Position numbers and translations under genes: made by a program. 64,000 nucleotides of DNA from a virus. Taxonomy: Duplodnaviria > Caudoviricetes. This document shows positions 58,265 to 64,000 of the stretch, piece after piece. Numbering within the stretch: the stretch's first letter is position 1; every line of letters begins with the position of its first letter. The stretch spans positions 1,802 to 65,801 of IMG/VR virus record IMGVR_UViG_3300032286_000437. One strand, 5' to 3'. Under the pieces are notes generated by a model. It saw nothing but the letters and a program-made list of their open reading frames with translations. It was not told the DNA's origin and searched no databases.

Positions 58265-58964
58265 TTGTAAGAATTGTCAGTGTGCAATTTATGAGGGTAA
58301 AACTCAAACTGGTTGCGCTTTTGATAGAATAAAAGGATTTGGCGATAATGTTGTAGAAGCATACGACCTTGAAAAAGAATTCTATGTAATTAAGCGTTTT
58401 TGTAACTATTATAGAAGTCCCAAGTGGAATGATGGTAAATTAGATCTAGATAAAATTAAGCATGAATCTGCCATTAGCTTTGATGTTGTCATCGTGTGTG
58501 ATGATCTGACAGAAGAATCGGATGCTAATAATTTACTAGATGTAGTAGCAAAATCAAATTATTACAAAGATAAGCTAAACATTTCTTTAGTACATTCTAG
58601 TAAGGCATCGACTAACGTAAGAAAGAATATTCTTAAAGTATTTATGGGGCTAAATTGTAATTTAACTGACGCTATAGATTTAAATGAATTCTTACATCAC
58701 TTTTTAGGATCATCCAGAGCAACCTATCACGTTGTATTAGACATGTCCAATATCTCTATAATCAACGAACTCTTTAAAGCCAATGACATTATCAACAAAG
58801 ATTTAAAGCCAGTTACGTTATTCAATATTCGTGAGGCTAAAATTATATCCAACATAGTCTACAGATTAGAGAGTGGGATAAATGGCGAGAGCGATTATTC
58901 TATAAATGTTGCACACGCAATATCAAAATCAATAGAGTCAAATACATACGTAGATATTTTATGA
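58227..58964 (+). CDS. Hypothetical protein with Cys-rich N-terminus
   Basis: CKNC..C..C..C; operon ORF. Confidence 0.55.
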   Translation: MKSQLHDQEIKTNCKNCQCAIYEGKTQTGCAFDRIKGFGDNVVEAYDLEKEFYVIKRFCNYYRSPKWNDGKLDLDKIKHESAISFDVVIVCDDLTEESDANNLLDVVAKSNYYKDKLNISLVHSSKASTNVRKNILKVFMGLNCNLTDAIDLNEFLHHFLGSSRATYHVVLDMSNISIINELFKANDIINKDLKPVTLFNIREAKIISNIVYRLESGINGESDYSINVAHAISKSIESNTYVDIL

Positions 58965-59701
58965 TCAAAAATAAATGTATAACATCTCCAAAGGCTAATA
59001 AAAAGACAGCATCTCAAAATGCTGAATTGGTGTCTATTATTTTACTTTGTGATTCCCCCGGCTATAGAATGAAGTCTTATGGGCCAACATCTTTAGTCAC
59101 GATAGCTAATAAAAAATTGATAGATATTCAAATAGAAGCTATAAAGCAAAGCTTCACCAACTTTGAAATTATATTATGCGTCGGTTTTGACGCTGAAAAA
59201 ATATGTAAATATATAAGAACCAAGTATTCTAAACTAAATATTAGGCTGGTAGAGAATCAATTATTTAAGAATTCAAATTCGTGCGAAGCTGCTAGGTTAG
59301 CTTTAAATAATACCAATAATAATAAAGTTCTGCTATGTGATGGGAATCTATTATTAAATGGTGAACTATTATCTATGGTATATAATGTTGAATCTTGTGT
59401 TTTTACAGAGTCTAATCCTTGTGTAAACTTGGAGGTTGGATTAAACTTGGATGAAAAAAATGAGGTTCAATACTTTTCGTTTGGTGCATATAGAATATGG
59501 TCAGAGATAGTATTTTTTAATAATGGTGAGATTATAGAATCTTTTAGACGTATTATATCTTCTGGCGATTACAAGAACAAATTCATATTTGAAGCACTTA
59601 ATGAGTTGATAAAGACCAAGCACAAACTACAATGCTTAGTAAACAGTAAGAGCATTAAGAAAATCAATAACATCAAAACATATCATTCTATAACGAGGTA
59701 A
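58961..59701 (+). CDS. Sugar-phosphate nucleotidyltransferase-like protein (degenerate motifs)
   Basis: IILLCDSPGYRMKSYGPTSL resembles ILAAG.G.RM...PK.L; VGF, LVEN. Confidence 0.65.
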   Translation: MIKNKCITSPKANKKTASQNAELVSIILLCDSPGYRMKSYGPTSLVTIANKKLIDIQIEAIKQSFTNFEIILCVGFDAEKICKYIRTKYSKLNIRLVENQLFKNSNSCEAARLALNNTNNNKVLLCDGNLLLNGELLSMVYNVESCVFTESNPCVNLEVGLNLDEKNEVQYFSFGAYRIWSEIVFFNNGEIIESFRRIISSGDYKNKFIFEALNELIKTKHKLQCLVNSKSIKKINNIKTYHSITR

Positions 59702-59703
59702 CA

Positions 59704-60555
59704 ATGAAGTTTTTAGTTGATAACTATTCATCGACCTATCATACAGAGCCGATGTATATTAATGCAGTTTTAAATTTAATAGAAGGCTGCTCGTCGGATA
59801 TGAAATCTAATAGTATGAGTGTTTATGATAATTTTGATCTTGTTAATCCAGATTTTTTTATTACTCATGGTGGAAAGTTATCTCAGGATATTATCTCTTA
59901 CTTAAAAGAGCATAACAACATATACTTAGTTGTGAATATAAGTGGAGTAACTCAAGATCAGATACAAAATCTAGAGATGGTATTAAAAGCTAATGGTATT
60001 GATAAAGTAACGTTTTTTACTAATTATCCCAATCATGGAATTGTAACAAAAAACATAAATGTATTCGTACTCGCTCATGGTGCAGATATATTCCTATCAA
60101 AGAATAACGAAGTAAAGTACCAAATACAACAAGGAGTGGTTGTATCTAATAAATCTCAAATTACTAAGAGAGAGGGAACTTATCACTACCTATCTAATGC
60201 GTCATCGATTTCTAAAGATGTTGATATTTTTCTTCCGACAGTTTATATGTCAAACTTCTATAAAAACTACGATAAGATTGTTTTTAAATCATTTGGAAAA
60301 GTTATTCCTCAAAGTTATTTCGATGCTATACTTAGTGGTAATATGGTCGAGTACGAACCAGACTCTAGCAATGATCCAGCGGTTGCTATCTTAGCTAATA
60401 TTTTTGAGGGTTGCGATACTTTTGAAAAAGTAAAGCAACAAGTGAGAAATAAGCATACGTGTTTGCATAGAACAAAATCATTATTATCACAACTACCGTG
60501 CAATGAACTAGTGGTTAAACTTGGGAATATTATAGGGGGCACAAAATGGGAATAA
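59704..60555 (+). CDS. Hypothetical protein, possible degenerate GT-B (CgeB-like)
   Basis: C-terminal HTCLHRTKSLL resembles HTY.HR...L. Confidence 0.4.
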   Translation: MKFLVDNYSSTYHTEPMYINAVLNLIEGCSSDMKSNSMSVYDNFDLVNPDFFITHGGKLSQDIISYLKEHNNIYLVVNISGVTQDQIQNLEMVLKANGIDKVTFFTNYPNHGIVTKNINVFVLAHGADIFLSKNNEVKYQIQQGVVVSNKSQITKREGTYHYLSNASSISKDVDIFLPTVYMSNFYKNYDKIVFKSFGKVIPQSYFDAILSGNMVEYEPDSSNDPAVAILANIFEGCDTFEKVKQQVRNKHTCLHRTKSLLSQLPCNELVVKLGNIIGGTKWE

Positions 60556-61310
60556 CAGTTATACTAAGCGGGTACAAAAGACCGTACACGCTAGAATCTC
60601 AGTATGAGGCTATTACAAAACAAACTGTTCAGCCAGAATCAGTTATGCTTTGGGTTAATATTGTTGACGATATAAATCGTTATCCAGAGAACGTTATTAA
60701 TAATTGTGAGTCTTTTGTGTCTAATGGTAATTATGGAACATGGGGAAGATTCTCTGTAGCACTAAATGCTAGAACAGAATATATTTGTATTATTGATGAC
60801 GATACCATTCCCGGTGAGCAGTGGTTAGAAAATTGTGTGAATACATTTAATATTCAAAATGGAATCTTATCAACTAGAGGAATCATATCTGATAAAGAGC
60901 ATGATAGAACATATCCTGCTCCGCAAAGCTATAAGGCTGTTGGATGGTGCAATCCTAATGAAGAAATCACTAGAGTAGATATGGGTTGTCAGTCTTGGTT
61001 TTTTCCAAAACCTGTTCTAAGAGCATTCTGGGCTGAAATGCCATCAATGAATCCAATGAATTATGGTGAGGATACACACCTTTCTTATGTCGCACAAAAA
61101 TATTTCGGATTAAATACTTATGTTCCACCACACCCAAAAGATAATATGAAACTTTGGGGATCAATGCCAGATACCGCACTTAAGTATGGCGAAGATAGTT
61201 CTGCTATATCTTGGAGCGCAGAAGCTAATGCTGGAATGAATAGATATTGGAATTTTGTTAGAGATAATGGTTATAAGATTATGGCTGATTCAACAGGAGA
61301 GCAAGAATGA
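60546..61310 (+). CDS. GT-A glycosyltransferase (GT2-like)
   Basis: ILSGYKR, WGRF, IIDDD, GED. Confidence 0.78.
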   Translation: MGITVILSGYKRPYTLESQYEAITKQTVQPESVMLWVNIVDDINRYPENVINNCESFVSNGNYGTWGRFSVALNARTEYICIIDDDTIPGEQWLENCVNTFNIQNGILSTRGIISDKEHDRTYPAPQSYKAVGWCNPNEEITRVDMGCQSWFFPKPVLRAFWAEMPSMNPMNYGEDTHLSYVAQKYFGLNTYVPPHPKDNMKLWGSMPDTALKYGEDSSAISWSAEANAGMNRYWNFVRDNGYKIMADSTGEQE

Positions 61311-61795
61311 ATTTAGGAATATACATTAACAATCTTGGTAATCATGATCAGTTAGGATATATAGCCAAAGAGATCAATCGTGGATTAGCAAGTAAAGAAA
61401 TAGACGATGCTAGTATTTTCTATGATGGAGTTGCACACAATCCATATCAAGTTAATTGTGGAACATTTAATTCTACTGATTTGTGGAATTTTCATGGAGC
61501 ATTGGTGGTTAGCAATCTTGGAAATGCTTTAATGGCTATCAGTATTGTAAATAATATTGATATATACTATTACTACAATTGGGAAGAAGGAAAAAATACT
61601 ATAGATATCATTAATCTCTTAAATAAAGGTATTGATGTTATATGTCGAAATGAGGCTGATGCTGAAAATCTATTTAGAATAACTGGAAAGAAACCTATTG
61701 GAATATGTGAAAACTTTCATAACATAATTCATATTATATCGGAGAATAGCAATGGACGATTTAAAAATTGTGCAAATGTATGTAGATCATCATAA
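61307..61795 (+). CDS. Hypothetical protein
   Basis: AGGAG RBS; last gene of the GT block. Confidence 0.6.
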   Translation: MNLGIYINNLGNHDQLGYIAKEINRGLASKEIDDASIFYDGVAHNPYQVNCGTFNSTDLWNFHGALVVSNLGNALMAISIVNNIDIYYYYNWEEGKNTIDIINLLNKGIDVICRNEADAENLFRITGKKPIGICENFHNIIHIISENSNGRFKNCANVCRSS

Positions 61796-62519
61796 GAGTA
61801 CATACGAAATAGCTGAACTGTGTAGCACATATCCTAACAAGATTCGACGTATTCTTGTTAAGAACGGTGTCGCACTCAAAACTAAAAGCGAAGCACAAAA
61901 GAATGCTATCGATAATGGCACAGCTAATCATCCGACTAGTGGAAAGAAAAGAACAGACGATGAAAAACTAAAAATAAGTTCAGGTCTTAAAAAGTATTGG
62001 GATAATATGAGCGAAGAGCTTTATGATTCTAGAATCAAACAAGCTCAAGTTAGGTGGCACAATATGTCCGATGTAGAGAAAGACAACATGCTTAGTGCTG
62101 CCATCAAGGCGATTCAGCTTGCTGGTAAAGAAGGATCTAAACTAGAAAAATTTTTACAAACTGAATTAGGCAATGCTGGTTATAGAATAGAATACCACAA
62201 AAAGGGCTTGATAGTCAATGAAAATCTAGAAATCGACATGTACATCCCAGCACTCAAGACTATAATAGAGGTAGACGGTCCATCCCATTTTCTTCCTATA
62301 TGGGGAGAAGAAAAACTGCAAAAACAAATTAAAGCAGATTTTCATAAAACGGGTTTGATCCTAAATAAAGGGATGGTCATTATTAGGATTAAGAACCTGT
62401 CGGATTCTGTATGTTTAGCAAGCAAAGAAAAATTACGGCTTGACATTTTGAAACAGTTGAGTAAGATAGAGAAGTCGTTCCCAAGTAAATCAGAAAGGTA
62501 CATTGAGATAGAAATATGA
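61752..62519 (+). CDS. HTH/NUMOD3 + DUF559-type endonuclease
   Basis: STYEIAE..IRRIL; GKKRTDDEKLKIS; EIDMY..IIEVDGPSHF. Confidence 0.75.
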   Translation: MDDLKIVQMYVDHHKSTYEIAELCSTYPNKIRRILVKNGVALKTKSEAQKNAIDNGTANHPTSGKKRTDDEKLKISSGLKKYWDNMSEELYDSRIKQAQVRWHNMSDVEKDNMLSAAIKAIQLAGKEGSKLEKFLQTELGNAGYRIEYHKKGLIVNENLEIDMYIPALKTIIEVDGPSHFLPIWGEEKLQKQIKADFHKTGLILNKGMVIIRIKNLSDSVCLASKEKLRLDILKQLSKIEKSFPSKSERYIEIEI

Positions 62520-63277
62520 ATACCACAGAAGAAGATCTTTTTATTAATGTAGAGTTGCAGACTCCTTCTAATACAGATACATCCCGCAAGGAAATAATTA
62601 TGAATGATGTTCCATCGATGCTCTCATCAGAGTGGCACGATTATGCCATGACGCTGTTTGATCCATCAGAATTGATTGATGGTCATCCTCTAGTTGCTGG
62701 TCTAAGGCGCGTGTCAGAGCTTGTGCTGGGTCCAATTGTTTTCAGTGGACCAACACAGGTGTTTCCAGTTCAGCGAGAAGATCATCATGGACGAGCAACT
62801 GTAGTGTTCTCAGTAGAATTTGCAAACGGCGTGAGATATGCAGAAGTGGCAGATTCTTGGGAAGGTAATACTGATGATATGTTCTGTGCGTTTGCTGTTG
62901 CGATTGCTAGCACAAGAGCAGAAGCTAGAGCTTTGCGAAAGGCTTTAAAGATTAAGGGTGTTGCTGCCGAAGAACTTACTAAGAAGGATACCGCAAAGAT
63001 TGTGCGTGATATCTCTAATAACAAAACAGCTAGTGAAGGTGAGTATAATGAGCAGAGCAGAATGAGCGATGCCCAATTAAACTTCATCGCTATTAAATGT
63101 AAGCAGCTTAATATCAATGGTGAGAAGCTGTTTAAAGAATTTGGTGCAGACAGTCATAGGAAAGTTAGTAAAAAGGTCGCTAGTGATATTATTGATCGAC
63201 TCAATGATCACCAGCGAGATAAAAGTTCAATTCCAGTATCTATAACAGGTTATCAAGAAGGGTGGCGTGACTCATGA
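62516..63277 (+). CDS. Putative ssDNA-annealing protein (Rad52/Sak-like)
   Basis: AIASTRAEARALRKAL motif; C-terminal MSDAQLNFI..ASDIIDRL module. Confidence 0.5.
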   Translation: MNTTEEDLFINVELQTPSNTDTSRKEIIMNDVPSMLSSEWHDYAMTLFDPSELIDGHPLVAGLRRVSELVLGPIVFSGPTQVFPVQREDHHGRATVVFSVEFANGVRYAEVADSWEGNTDDMFCAFAVAIASTRAEARALRKALKIKGVAAEELTKKDTAKIVRDISNNKTASEGEYNEQSRMSDAQLNFIAIKCKQLNINGEKLFKEFGADSHRKVSKKVASDIIDRLNDHQRDKSSIPVSITGYQEGWRDS

Positions 63278-63615
63278 AAATTTCATATACAACAAAGAGT
63301 GGTCGTATCAAGGCAGAACTAGAGAGTGAATCCCCAAAGGAACTCTTTACAGAAATCAATAGATTTCAAGAAGTCTTTGAGGAAGATACTTGTGGCAAGT
63401 GTGGCAATCAAGACGTAAAGTATGTTGTGCGAACTGTCGATGATAATCAATACTTTGAACTTCGATGTGGCAGTCTAAAGTGTGCCGCTAGGCTATCTTT
63501 TGGTGTCAATAAGAAGGGTGGCGGGTTATTCCCAAAGCGCAAGGATGGCGAAGGAAAGTGGCTACCCGACAATGGTTGGGTAAAGTGGAATCCAAAGACT
63601 GAACAGGCTGAATAA
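63274..63615 (+). CDS. Zn-ribbon hypothetical protein
   Basis: CGKC..C..C. Confidence 0.6.
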   Translation: MKISYTTKSGRIKAELESESPKELFTEINRFQEVFEEDTCGKCGNQDVKYVVRTVDDNQYFELRCGSLKCAARLSFGVNKKGGGLFPKRKDGEGKWLPDNGWVKWNPKTEQAE

Positions 63616-63627
63616 TAAGGAGATATT

Positions 63628-63906
63628 ATGAAGTATATATTTGCATTATTGGTTGCTTTGTGTGCAACAACTGGCTACGGTTACGAAACTCTTGTGCCCG
63701 TTACGGTACAAACCCAGCCAGTTTTTATACAACCACAACCAGTGCAAGTTATGGTATATTATGCCCCAGCATTTGTGGTGACTGTTCCAGTACCAGTGCA
63801 AGTTGTTCCTGTGCCGGTATATCCAACAGTATATTGGGGATATCCTTATCAACCGGTAGTTCATACTCACGGGCATAGATGCAGACTGTTCAATTTCAAC
63901 TATTGA
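63628..63906 (+). CDS. Secreted Pro/Val/Tyr-rich small protein
   Basis: AAGGAG RBS; signal peptide; low-complexity PV/Y tract. Confidence 0.65.
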   Translation: MKYIFALLVALCATTGYGYETLVPVTVQTQPVFIQPQPVQVMVYYAPAFVVTVPVPVQVVPVPVYPTVYWGYPYQPVVHTHGHRCRLFNFNY

Positions 63907-63939
63907 GCGGTCCTGCGTGACCTGTGATTAAAATAAATT

Positions 63940-63972
63940 GGGGGGTGGCATCAAAACCGCCCCCCTTTATTA
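63940..63972 (+). terminator. Intrinsic terminator
   Basis: GGGGGGTGG/CCGCCCCCC hairpin + TTTATT. Confidence 0.7.
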
Positions 63973-64000
63973 TTTAGCGAATTAAGACGAGATCGCTAAG

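Overview
64 kb of a large, AT-rich, lytic-type dsDNA phage genome (large myovirus/jumbo-like). All credible genes lie on the + strand and use the standard code. The window holds tRNA-Arg(TCT), a tmRNA, rIIA/rIIB, nucleotide-metabolism genes (thyX, guaC, dCMP deaminase, nrdAB, dut, dNMP kinase, phoH), a phage sigma factor and a candidate lysis cassette (TM+PAS protein, holin-like protein, papain-like peptidase). It also holds a fibre/adhesin cassette with mucin-like poly-Thr linkers and a replication/recombination module (RecA, DnaB, DnaG, two SSBs, Cas4-like nuclease). DnaE is split into two intein-less genes around a DEDDh exonuclease and two homing-type endonucleases. About 11 glycosyltransferases of several families are present. 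Small secreted proteins suggest a Planctomycetota host (inference). Strongest leads: a possible virion O-glycosylation ('phage mucin') system, the three-piece replicase, a circularly permuted FGE/C-lectin fibre domain, strong CCWGG avoidance, AGA-free early genes, and two promoter classes. All family calls are from motif recognition by eye; no database searches were run.
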